A DNA stretch of 63,172 bases, the filler included, from Perkinsus olseni (lineage: Eukaryota): assembly GCA_013115125.1 (NCBI GenBank). It is 6 parts of 6 records of this genome, joined end to end, with 100 filler letters (N's around TTAATTAATTAA, not from the genome) between each part and the next. Parts side by side here need not be neighbours in the genome. Positions count along the whole stretch, not along the records: positions 1 to 10,465 come from JABANN010000873.1; positions 10,566 to 21,027 come from JABANN010000874.1; 4 more parts are not named here. The stretch is one strand, 5' to 3'. The position numbers were made by a program, and so were the translations under genes. The notes under the pieces were generated by a model. It did no database searches, was not told where the DNA came from, and worked only from the letters and a program-made list of their open reading frames with translations. Shown here one piece after another: positions 1-10,953 of this stretch (the first letter of the stretch is position 1; each line of letters starts with the position of its first letter).

Positions 1-620
1 GCGCAACCGTGGGTCGGCGTTTCGCGCACGCGTGCAAGATGCGCATGCGAGATCCACCATGGAGCTGTCAAGGTACCCTTATGACATGTGCATAGGTCAT
101 TTCTCGGCCCATCCCTCCTCACCCGGCACGAGTGCTGTGCACGGCAGTCTGTCTCATCGCGCGGTCTCCATCTGTTGCCGCTAATAATCGTGGGACACTC
201 TGCGCGTACACAACACTTTCACCAACGGGAAACCTCGTTGGTCGGACCCAAGCGCCGCGAGTGAGAGGATTTAACATTCACTTCATGTCCAATATGTCTA
301 GTGTTCTCCCAAGTCGGAGTAGAGCGGGCGGCGAAAGGGGATCGGCAACATTCTATGATGCTTTGGTTTTTTGAATGAGCGAATAAAGGTTCTTCGGCTT
401 CTTCGAGATCGTATTCTCGCGGGCCGCTTGCCGAGGAAGAATCTTGAGTCATGTCAGTGTCTTGTAACCAATAATCACCCTGGTCTCGAGTTCGTCACTG
501 AGTGGGCCAGCTGGACGGCCTAAGTGCGCGAGCGCGTAACCGGCTTAGGGAGGAGGTCATTCTTTGTGCAATGCGTGCATGTGCACGGTAGTAGCTCCAG
601 TCCTCGATGAGAGCCCAATA

Positions 621-1805
621 ATGGAGAATTCCTCGGCCCCGATGCAGCGTCCTTCCTCGCAGCTGCGAGCTGGTCAGGCCGTGCTGCTGATGCCTGGGGA
701 GGAGCTCACGGCTTGGGCTTGTGAGCAGTGCTATCAGCTTTTGCGACGGTGCAGCAGGGCCGCCAACCTATCATTGAAAGATCGTGCGGAGGCTCGGCAT
801 CAGTAGGTGTTGCAGGAAGCCCGCACTGCGCAGCGTGAGTTGTTCTTCAGGGCCGACTTGCACATGAATGCATCAGACCTCCTCCAAGTGGTGAACTGCG
901 CGGTAACTTCATGGTCTTCGGATGCACGCTCGAAGACACTGCAGCTGCTGTGCGACCATCCACCCTCGCCGAGGGAAACCTACAGGCTTCTGTCTGACCT
1001 CCTTGGCGTGGGGGAGCGAGTGGCCTGCTTCGTGGAGAATGGTCAACTTGATGATGGTCCGGAGAGTGCAGCTGCCTTAGTGGAGGTATACGCCTTCCAT
1101 GGTGTTGGTGCACGACTAAAGACCGCACTAGGTAACCTCTCGAAGGGGGAGTATGAGCACCTCCAGTCGATGCTGTACACTGCTGTTAAGAAGCAGGGCA
1201 GCATCATGTTTGCTGACTGGGGTGTCACTAAACAGCGGACTCTCATCGCCAAAGCTCAGAGGGCTGGCCTGCTCGGGGCCACCAGCGCCCTCGCCTTGAA
1301 TGCAGCGGTGAGCGTGTCCCGGTACTTCCCAGGCAGCTCCCATGGGGTATCCAAGCTTATGGAACTGCTAGGCTTCACACCACCACCACCGCTCGAGCGG
1401 CGATCGATAGCGTCGAGGGAACGGAGGTCTTCGCTCCGTATCCTCGACAACGCGCGAGGCACTATTAACGCAGCACCACGGGTGTCAAGAAGGGGGCGTA
1501 AAACGGTTACAGAGGCCGCAAGCAGGGCTGATGGGAAGCATCGGAAGAGTAGGGCACCTGGTCTCACTATCGGAGCCCATTCCTCGTGGGATAGGGCTAC
1601 TGCAGAGGCGGAGCGATCATTGAAGTTGCCACGTTCGTCATCGGGTGTGGAGGTGGAAGGGTGGAGGAAGCCTTCGATGATACTCTCACGGCTCTACTAC
1701 GCCATGCAGGAGATCGTGCTTGGTGATCAAAGTCGGCCCTCGCCTAAGATGCATCCATCACGATTACGGCAACGACAGCAACAAGTAGGCGTGGAACCAC
1801 CATGA
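621..1805 (+). CDS. Hypothetical protein, probably spliced; second copy starts near 10239
   Basis: 332-aa ORF 807-1805 preceded in frame by MENSSAP... (ATG 621). The copy at 10239-10465 differs mostly at synonymous sites in this first part, which supports coding. GTGAGT donor at 835. No family recognised. Confidence 0.45.
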
Positions 1806-2974
1806 TATATCTCCAGCGGGCCAGTTGCTTCTACCGCAAACGTTCAACGATTTTACCACTAGTTTATTGCTCATCATGTTCATGTATTGTTAGTAATATC
1901 ATCGATCTGCCTGTACGATAAGTACAATTCAATAGTACACTATTATCGATATGCTTCGTGTTCGTCAGTACTTTCAGGCCGCTAACAACTGAACGAAACT
2001 CAGCACTGCGTAACGCACTATCGAGAGAGTAACTCAGCCAATGGTCTGCACCTTGTTGTAGTCGTAGTAGTGGACCTAAAGGCGGTGTGTCGTTGATTTC
2101 CGGTGCCCTCTTCCATACCTACCTTAGTCGGGACAGCCGCCTTGCTCTTTTTAGCATCCTCTTTGATGATCTCTAGCAGGCCCTGGTAGGCCCGCGATTC
2201 CTCCAAGTCAGTCTGGCCCAGTATCTGCGAAATTCTTCGTACTGCGCGGCGTATCTTCGACCCTCCATTCCTTATCCTGCCCTATGCGGTTCTTATCAGG
2301 AAGGAGCCACATGCAGTCTATCTTCCCATTGGAGGATTTATACAACGTAATCAGATCCACGTCCCTCGGGCCAACAACTCCGAGGGCCCCGTCCAGCCGC
2401 AGTCCTGGGCGTGGTGACACGATGTGACCGTGGTGCTCGAAGTCGATGCAGTACTCTAGAGCACCTATGGAAGGCCAACACTCGCCGACTCTGAAACCGT
2501 CACTGGCGGCTCACCTTCCTTGTCGGCCTCGAAGTACCACCGCCGGAGCGTCTTTATCTCGAGGTCACTGCCAGACTCTCTGAAGGGAACGCACATCCGA
2601 CCAGCCCGTTCGCCTTCAAGGGGGGTTCAATGAACCGACTCTGCAAGCGCATTCAACGTGTGAAAACCCAATTTTTTCGATGTATTGATTCTGAGTTTCT
2701 GAATTGCTTCATTGAACGGAGGGCAAGTGACTGCTACCTGAAAACGGTCTGGTATCGGGTACGAATATCCCGCAAGTCCTCGAGGATGGGCTTCTTCGTG
2801 TTGGCATCAACCACCTGACCGCAGCATCAAGTACCACTTCGTAAAGTGCCGCGGCCGACCTCTTCTACTCTATTGTCGGTCCTCGATGCTCGATCGGCAC
2901 ATTATTGGGAATCTTCTGGTTGAAGACTTCATCTGTGAAGTTGAGCAGTTGACAGCAGTTGGGGGAGCAGAGGG

Positions 2975-3202
2975 GGCCATCACGCGGATTATGAACTTGG
3001 GTAAGGGTGCAGCAGGGAGTATGAGTAAAATCTGGGAATGAATGATGATATATGGCACCCTGTATATATACGTGTGTATATGAGTGATGAATCTATGTAT
3101 GCTGAATGAAATGCTTATTATATCCACGTGACCGGCCCTGCGGTTGTATGGCTACGCCAACCGAGTGCTGGCTCTAGGCTCTCCACCTCACCCGGCAGAC
3201 CC

Positions 3203-3233
<31 letters not shown>

Positions 3234-3300
3234 GAGCATGTGGTTGATGGTGAGACTCGGCCCGAAGACAAGGTGTTACGCCACCCAGGGTTAGCGTATC
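2975..3300. repeat. Dispersed direct repeat, copy 1 (copy 2 at ~7445-7700), containing a (CAG)n tract
   Basis: About 190 near-identical nt from gtatgctgaatgaaatgc to gccacccag at both sites, plus weaker similarity upstream. Confidence 0.85.
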
Positions 3301-3407
3301 TTTGGGTTCAAAGGCGATATTGGTGAAACAATCTGTGCTATTCTCCTGTGTGTGAATGTGAGGCCTTTCGAAAGCCAATTATACCCAGTCACCAAGATTG
3401 AGTCTTA

Positions 3408-3495
3408 CACCATTTCCCGGTCAAATAAAATGTTTTTGGTTTGATTTAAAAGGGCATGGAAAGGCGAAAACATTTTATTTGCTCGGGAAATGGTG
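3408..3495. mobile_element. 88-bp MITE with ~29-bp TIRs and TA target duplication (Tc1/mariner-like)
   Basis: TA|CACCATTTCCCGGTCAAATAAAATGTTTT ... AAAACATTTTATTTGCTCGGGAAATGGTG|TA; two mismatches between the TIRs. Confidence 0.75.
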
Positions 3496-3639
3496 TAGAG
3501 TCTACACTGTAGACCGCGATATCAGCCTAGGGCATCAGCCATCGAGTTCAGAGCTGCTCACCTTTAGCTGAAATCGATCAAATCAAATCGATCAAATCAA
3601 TGATCAGCAAATCGATCATCGTGCCAGTCGGCAGCGACA

Positions 3640-4082
3640 ACCACGCCAGTCCACAGCGAGGCCAGGAAACTAGGAAGGTCAATCAGGGAGTTCGTGCCCA
3701 CCGCGTCAGCTCTAAACTTCAGAGTCTAAAGATGCTCAGGGGGCTGCGAGGCTGTCGAAATCTCTGGGGACTTAGTTCAGGATAGAGCCGGCTGCGATAC
3801 TGCCGAAGCCGAATTGATGGGGGCAGTGATGAATGTCCGAACTGTGACGCTCAGGTCACGGAGGATGCGATGCATTTTCTGTAGGAGTGCGAGCGATGGA
3901 AGAGTCAACGGGATGCATTAGTTCGAGAAGTGAACCTGCGAGGGCTAACGTGGCCTCCTCAAGGGGAGACTGTCATTAGAAGCCGGGATCTGTCGATGGT
4001 ACTTGCAGGGTTTCTACAAATGACGGACAGGGTCTTCAGAGATTGGTGCCGTCTGCCCAACAGCGAGGATGAGTCATCTTGA
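3640..4082 (+). pseudogene. 3' remnant of a non-LTR retrotransposon ORF
   Basis: The frame of ORF 3600 continues past stops as ECPNCDAQVTEDAMHFL*ECERW, the C-terminal CCHC knuckle typical of LINE RT proteins. Confidence 0.6.
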
Positions 4083-4565
4083 ATGACCGCATGGGAGAAT
4101 TACGGGACGAAATGGAACTTAATTGAGCTGAGACTAACGAGCTGCAGAAGGGTGGCTACAAGAGAAAGCATGGTGGCAGCAAAAGGCCAGAGAATGGCCT
4201 TGCCGCGTCCAAGATAGAGAAGAAGGGGAAAAGCCACTGCCGGGGTTCGAACCTGGGGAATCCCCAGTGGGGATCTCGCGTCGAGCTCAAGCTGCTAGCA
4301 GTGAGACAGACTCAACTCAATGATCACCTCATCACCGGAGAATACAAAAAGTCTGGAGATAAATATAGTTTACTGGGTCGAAAAACGATAGGCCTTAAAC
4401 AATAGACAAGTCTGTGCTAACCCATCATTTTCAAAGTACAAGCCATATGCCGGCCTTCAAGTTAAACGATGCGCGGAGCCCATGTTTGATGGAAAAGTTT
4501 AAGAAAAATTTATCATATTTGCAGCAAGTCCAAACCAGAGACAGCGGAAGCTCAAGGTGGAGGTC

Positions 4566-5357
4566 TTAGACCTCACGTCTACGAAGAATTTCCCGGTCGT
4601 CGTAAGAAAATCCCATGCCATACAGCAGCAGGTCCTCCTCCGTCTGAACGAACCTCAAATGCTTCAATTGTTTCTTGTAATCGTCAAAGTTAGTCCAGAC
4701 AGAACGACACTTCTTCCTGAAGTGCCTGAGGAGACGCCCCACAGAGGGACCAAACGGAGCACGTTTCAGCTTGTAAACTCTGCGGGCATTCCTCGGTGAG
4801 AGATGGTACATCATAAACTCAGTGTAACCTCCACCATCACAGCCGAGCTTCACGTAAACAGTTCCACCTCTAAGAATGTCAAACTGTTGCTTGATAGGTG
4901 AACGCTTATCGGATACGAATGATCCTTGTACGAACGGCGACCATCGGAATCTCCCCACCCTGACCAGGGTGATCTCTTTACCACCCAACAAGGATCTGAT
5001 ACCGCCCTTCTCGACAACAAACTCTTGGAGATCAGGGGATTCGACGGCGATGATGTGACTGCAAGCAGTTCGAAGAGACGCGAGCAGACGCTCGTAGGTG
5101 TGGGTGTCCCTGCTGTGAACCGGAAATTTATGGATAACAGGATTGTCCTCTTCACTCCTACTCAGGTCGAACCAACCCGTTCGGTATCCGCCTCCGCATC
5201 CAACCTCAAGTGCGGCACGACTGGAGTTAATGTCCAAATCCACTTCAATAGCAGGGTCCACGGACTTGTAAGCGTAGTGACCATTTTTCAAACGCGGGAT
5301 GGCGACGACCATGGTGGTGACAGCAACCCAGAGAAGAGTGACGAAGGAAGAAACCAT
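4566..5357 (-). CDS. Secreted hypothetical protein, 263 aa, two similar halves
   Basis: Hydrophobic N-terminus MVSSFVTLLWVAVTTMVVA; repeated (V/L)GC-GG-Y-T motif. Confidence 0.7.
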   Translation of the reverse strand: MVSSFVTLLWVAVTTMVVAIPRLKNGHYAYKSVDPAIEVDLDINSSRAALEVGCGGGYRTGWFDLSRSEEDNPVIHKFPVHSRDTHTYERLLASLRTACSHIIAVESPDLQEFVVEKGGIRSLLGGKEITLVRVGRFRWSPFVQGSFVSDKRSPIKQQFDILRGGTVYVKLGCDGGGYTEFMMYHLSPRNARRVYKLKRAPFGPSVGRLLRHFRKKCRSVWTNFDDYKKQLKHLRFVQTEEDLLLYGMGFSYDDREILRRREV

Positions 5358-6169
5358 TCCAGAATGGAGGCGCTGGAATCCTAGTGAAGAAACTATAAGT
5401 GAGACTGCAATTTAGCATCTGGGGCACCAAGACATTACTGTGTAGTAACGATGAGGGAGCGAGACTGATCGAATCCGCTATGGGTAAGGAGCTACCGATC
5501 AAAAAGCGTGGCGTCACCAGCGAACGAACTCACGACACATCTCAAGCCTCAACGTACTACTGTTGAAACGCAACATAAGTTAGAGATGTCTGCAGGTGAC
5601 GATGCTGTGCAGTAACGGTGTAAAAGCGAGACTGATCAAGTCTGCAATGAACAATTAGCTATCGATCAACAGTCTGGCGTCACAGGTGAGCGAATTGTGC
5701 TGTTGTGCTGCGGCCGTATCCTAATCGATCGATCAGCCGGTCCCTAGAAAAGCTCTCCGACGAGACTTCATCTGGTAGCGTATGACTACCGCTCACAGGC
5801 ATCCCTAGCGCACAGAAGAGAATAATAGGGTAGGGTTTTCCGCACGCTCTTGCAACTGCAAATTCAACTCGACTCATTGCCGACTTATTGCCAGGCTTTA
5901 CGGGCCTTGACCCACAGCCCTATACACGCCCTGCGCAAGCAGCGCCCGAGAAAGCACGACCAGCAGGCTGCTGGCAGCAACACAGAGTCCAACTGCTGAC
6001 TCCAAAATACATTCCAGATAATTCACGACCCACCGTGCCCAAGGACCGAACTCACGACCTTACGAACAACGGTGGGGCGCTCTACCGCTAGGCCATTTGA
6101 TTGGATTTTGGCGGCGACGCCTGTCGGGGTGTAGACACTAGTGGGGTAGCAGACCTTATGCACGGAACG

Positions 6170-6420
6170 CTCGCGGAATCCATTCTAAGAATGCGTTCTG
6201 AGAATGCGATTCGTTGAACACGTTCCGGAATCGATTCTGGAAAACATTCCGAGAATTTGAGAGTAGGATCCTCTGAACACGATTCGAGAATCAATTCTGA
6301 GCATCCATTCTAAGAATATGTTCTGGAATCATTCCTGTGGAATGGATTCCGGCTGATTTCCCTGAGCTTACGTTTTGAATACTTCCTCAAGGCACTGCAG
6401 GCATCCGGAAAAATTCCGAA
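6170..6420. repeat. Degenerate GAATC/ATTC(T)GAGAAT short-repeat cluster
   Basis: Repeated ggaatccattctaagaat / gattctgg / attccgagaat words; origin unclear. Confidence 0.4.
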
Positions 6421-7444
6421 CTTAAGTTTAGTGGTTTTTGGGTTTCTTCTCTACTGTGGCAGAAGGAAAAGAATTGTGGCGGAAAAGAGGATATAAGACC
6501 GTCGCTCAGCGACCTTCTCCTGGTGTAATTTCGCAGGAGATTCGTTCGCAGGAACTGAGCCAGCAGCTGTGACGAGATCCAGCTGCTCCTTCCACGTGCC
6601 AGCATAGCGGCCTCATGTTTCCATGCTACATTTTCTCTGTTTTTGAGATGACTTTCATATCCTCCTGTTTATTACCATTTAATGACTGCCATCCAGGCGG
6701 ACCTGAGGTGTTCTGGTGAAGGCCTGCACTTCATCCGCCTAGTAGTGGTAGTAGTAGCAGTCCATGCACGATATATGTCAATGTGCTTGTCATCTCACCG
6801 TCCCTCCCTTCAGTCGTGTTATCCCCGTTCTCATTGCCATAATCCCGCCGGCCGTATCCTCATCGTGTCAGTCACCCGTTGTTGGAGATAGATTGGTAGC
6901 TTTAGAAGAGCAAGTGAGGAACCTGCAAGTACAGGTAACACTCATACCAAAAATTCCCATACCAAAAATCTCCCTACTCTCATCGTCATCAGTATGAATG
7001 TCTCAGTGAACGCCAGCTCAGTAGGTAGCAGGCCATTGCAGGTGAACAGTCTCCGCGTCTCACAGCCAGCAACAGCCTCAGAAACCGCCCCTGATACCAG
7101 GGCACAGGATGAGAGAGTGCTTTTGGAGATTCAGCAGCTACGCTCTACTGTACTCATCAGACTCGGCCGGTGTCGCGGCTCCCATCGTCTCACTCGCAGG
7201 TCGCCCTACTCTGTGACGAGCTCAAGAGGGTCTCGACTACGGCTCCGCAGCAGTCCGAAGGGGATGTCCCCTGAGCCTCAGGGCCTGAGGGGACTCCCCT
7301 CTTCTCCGACGCCCATCCCAGTTGAGGAGTCTTCTCATGGCAAGAGAAATAAGCCGCGCAAGAAAGACGGCGCTGGAGTGCTGGATGCTCCGGGCAGTGT
7401 CTCTATTAGCGATGGATGCGGTAATTAGTGTGTAGTGGGTGGAG

Positions 7445-7602
7445 TGGGCCATCGTGTGGATTATGAACTTGTATTAGGGATGGAGTAGGAAGTATGTATG
7501 CTGAATGAAATGCTTATTATATCCACGTGACCGGCCCTGCGGTTGTATGGCTACGCCAACCGAGTGCTGGCTCTAGGCTCTCCACCTCACCCGGCAGACC
7601 CT

Positions 7603-7635
<33 letters not shown>

Positions 7636-7700
7636 GAGCGTGTGGTTGATGGTGAGACTCGGCCCGAAGACAAGGTGTTACGCCACCCAGTTTGAGAGTA
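7445..7700. repeat. Dispersed direct repeat, copy 2
   Basis: Matches 2975-3300. Confidence 0.85.
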
Positions 7701-8040
7701 TCTTTGGTCGCCTTGCCTCTCCTTCAGAGCTCTGTGTCTCGTCCTGCCCGATCTAGTATAACTAGCTTGCCGTCGCGGCGGCCTTCCTCAGACGTGAAGG
7801 AGGGGTACAGACGATCCAGGTGGGTAGTGCACCTCCGCAAGGCTTTCGACCCGCACCTTACCATCTCAGTGCGTCGGTCCATCTATCTCCTAGTGGGTCC
7901 ATTGAGCGCCGAGGCTCCCTTGCCCATCAACTCAGCTCCCCCCCCCCGGGTGAAGGGATCCAGAGTAGGCTAGCAGCTGGGGTAGGTAGAGCCCCTTGTT
8001 TCATCAGCTCTTCGTGAGTCCGGAGAACCCAGCATGGGGT

Positions 8041-8600
8041 ATGTCTGCTGCTGGACGATCGTCTCGGAGGACCTCTGCATCATCATCATCAGTAAAGGCG
8101 CGTTCCCACCCCCGCGTTACGCCAGGATCAATGCCCAGTAGGACCACCAAGGGGGGCAGTTGGTGGCACCAACTTGGTGGCATCCGAGCGATGGTGATGT
8201 TACGCAGGTACGGGTCCCTGGGGGCCTGCGTGGAGGCTTTGTGTACGGGAGAGGGAACTTTCGATACATCAACACGGTTCGAGTGCCTCGACTTTGCAGC
8301 CATCATAGAGCAGGTTGGAATGACCCCGAAGGAGGGTTGTCGGCTTTTCCGTATTCTGGACACGCAGAGGGTCGGGCTCGTTTCCCTGGAACACCTCGCC
8401 CTGGCAGCAGCGGGGAAGCTGCCGCGTCGGAGGTCGAGTGTTGGGTTGTCGAGGTCTCCTCCAAGCCGCAGGGGTAGCACTCACTCGCCGCCGCCCACCA
8501 CCACCGCCGTCGTGGCCCAGCAAAGGACGGCGGCGGTGACGATGGAACGGAAGGCTTTCGCGCTGCCTCCGATTGCGCGACCAGCACAATGCTGTGCAGT
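8041..8600 (+). CDS. Exon with degenerate EF-hand-like motif; may be the 5' part of the zinc-finger gene
   Basis: LFRILDTQRVGLVSLEHL resembles an EF-hand helix-loop-helix; pyrimidine-rich acceptor ending at 8640. Confidence 0.4.
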
Positions 8601-8640
8601 GGCCGTAGTGGTTGTTTTCTATTCTTCGTTTTCTTGGTAG

Positions 8641-9930
8641 CTTAGCGAGGACAACCAGTTCTGCTGTACCCTCTGCAATAAGAAGTCCTACGGCTTCAGC
8701 ATTATTATCGAAAGCCACTGTGCTAGTGATAAACACAAGCGTAACGTGGAATGGGCGGCTAGAACTAACCCGCCACCGACAGACAGACAGACGCCTCACC
8801 GACGAGCATACGATGTAAGCCCGGCTGCCTCCAAAACCAGCCTACTCAAAGTGTAAACCTTGGTTCCCAGGGACGGCGGTGACGGCGGTGCGGTTGCCAC
8901 AGCAGAAGGAGAATACATGAGGGCTCAGCGGCTCAAGGTGGCTGACATGCTTTGCTTCTTCCCCTGTTGTGCACTTGTCGCTTCCCTTGTAGAACGAGGA
9001 GGGATGGATAGTCTGTAAGTTGTGCAACAAGAAGTTCCAACAAGCATGAAGAGAACGTGGCCTGGGACGAGGAGTGGGAGGGCAGCTGTGGTGTTGTCGT
9101 GACGTGCCATCCCTCGCCCTGTGTGCTCAGGAACCGTCGCTTGTATAATCCTGAGATAGGGGAGTTGACTGTCGATGGGGAAGACTTCCCGCGCGCGAAC
9201 TATCTAGCAATACCGCCTTGGAAGCGCCTCCTCGCCCCACCATTAATATCAGATGAACGGCACCATGTTCAACTGTCCGTTGTGCGTCAAGCAGTGTTAC
9301 GACATTGGTGAAGCCCGGGTGCACTGCGACAGCAAGGCCCACGTCAAAGCGGTCATATGGTGAATAATCATCATCATCATCATCATCATCATCACCACTC
9401 CGCCCTTCGCACTGCCGTATGGTAGGAAGAATTCGGACAACACTGAGCGGACGGATAAGCCCGACTACGATGCCGCCTACAACAAACAGTTTTACCGTGT
9501 TGAGGACGGTCAGCGGGTCGCCACTGTTGCTGGTGTTATCGGAAGCGATGAGGACAGTGCACCATGCAATTACCCCAACGAACAGGTCAATAACGGCTAT
9601 CTCATCTGCGAGGTGAACAGTCGGTTCAGCAGCCTTTCCACAGGGGTGCCGTGCAGGTGTGCGATGTGACGCCTCAAAGTTGGAGTCAGTGGAAGATCCA
9701 TCTTCATTTTAAGAAGCATCTGAGTAGGCGAGCTGCTCTGGATGAAGAATACGTCTGCTACTGGCAGAAGCTTCATGCTGGAGGGGTGAGGCGAATACCG
9801 TACACGTCTGGTCTGTGAGGGGCCTCCAATTTCAGGTGGCCTACTACTATGAGCACATCTCCCAGATCTGGCAGTGGGGTGAAGTGGCCGATGAATGTAT
9901 GAGAGTGAAGTTTCGCCAGCTTCTGTGAGT
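8641..9930 (+). CDS. Multi-exon protein with matrin/JAZ-type C2H2 zinc fingers and a C-terminal WW-like domain (possibly partly degenerate)
   Basis: Manual translation: CTLCNKKSYGFSIIIESHCASDKH, CKLCNKKF (interrupted), CPLCVKQCYDIGEARVHCDSKAH, CQVCDVTPQSWSQWKIHLHFKKH, then YWQKLHAGG|intron|VAYYYEHISQIWQW. Not captured by the ORF track. Confidence 0.7.
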
Positions 9931-10190
9931 AATGACGATGCCTCTTGAGCCAGCCAATGAGAGTTCTATAATGTATCATCATCAAACTAGTCTCGAGTTC
10001 GTCACTGAGTTGGGCGGACCAGTCTACAAACGACCACAGTTCTGGAGGGTGTTTTCATATCGTCGTAACGAATAGCGTGTTAATGAATCGAGCTCAAGCT
10101 CTCAGTAGTTGAGCAGGCGAAATCAAGTTCCGACTTATTTGGGAGCACGGCATGAGCGCGTCGTCGGGAGAGGGGCGAGTTTCTCCTCCG

Positions 10191-10465
10191 TGTATTATGT
10201 GCATGGTAGTAAGGACAAACTTCAATGAGAGTCCGATAATGGAAAACCCCTCGGCTTCGACTCAGCGCCCGTCTTCGCAGCTGCGAGCTGGTCAGGCCGT
10301 GCTGCTGATGTCGGGCAAGGAGTTCCCGGCTTGGGCTTGTCAACAGTGTCATCAGCTTTTGCGACGGTGCAGCAAGGGCGCCAACCGATCAGTGAAAGAT
10401 CGTGCGGAGGCTCGGCATCAGTAGGTGTTGCAGGAAGCCCGCACTGCGCAGCGTGAGTTGTTCTT
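10191..10465 (+). repeat. Second copy of the 564-845 gene start, cut by the contig end
   Basis: Aligns with 564-845; the upstream word tctcgagttcgtcactgag is also shared (~484 and ~9991). Confidence 0.85.
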
Positions 10466-10565
10466 NNNNNNNNNNNNNNNNNNNNNNNNNNNNNNNNNNN
10501 NNNNNNNNNTTAATTAATTAANNNNNNNNNNNNNNNNNNNNNNNNNNNNNNNNNNNNNNNNNNNN
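10466..10565. other. Artificial contig spacer (44 N + TTAATTAATTAA + 44 N)
   Basis: Stop codons in all six frames; identical spacers at 21028-21127, 31587-31686, 42134-42233 and 52666-52765. Confidence 0.97.
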
Positions 10566-10683
10566 GTGAGCCGCTTTCCGTCCCGCATCCCGCCTTCCTT
10601 CGTAACGGGGCCGTCCCACAATAACTAGAACGCAACCCTGTTCAGTGGAAAACAACCGGTAACTACAGGCTTCTCGAGCCCTC

Positions 10684-10953
10684 TCAAACCGGCGAATCTG
10701 ATCTGCGGCCAGACTGACATTCAGGCAGCCACAGGAAACGGAGGGTAAACTTCAACGACAAGCTGGCTCCGCTACCGCCCGTCAGCATATAGCCCGAGGC
10801 CAGTTTGGCCTTCTCTTCTGAACTTTCATGCAGATACTCCAGCACTGACAGGGATCTCCACCCACCTGCCCTCATGAGCACCGGAGACTCTGCCGGTAGG
10901 GCCTGATGAAGCAGCTGGGCACCTGTACGTCGGAGGGTATGCGTCCCACACTG
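10684..10953 (-). pseudogene. Tyrosine recombinase C-terminus of a DIRS/Ngaro-like retrotransposon
   Basis: QCGTHTLRRTGAQLLHQ...LMRAGGWRSLSVLEYLH contains the HxxR...W...Y catalytic motifs. Confidence 0.8.

Noticed and set aside
2018-2870. Broken minus-strand reading frames and a 10-bp inverted repeat (2625/2708)
   Set aside because: No recognisable motif or TSD; cannot be assigned.
10510-10521. TTAATTAATTAA recurring every ~10.5 kb
   Set aside because: Artificial six-frame stop linker embedded in N runs.
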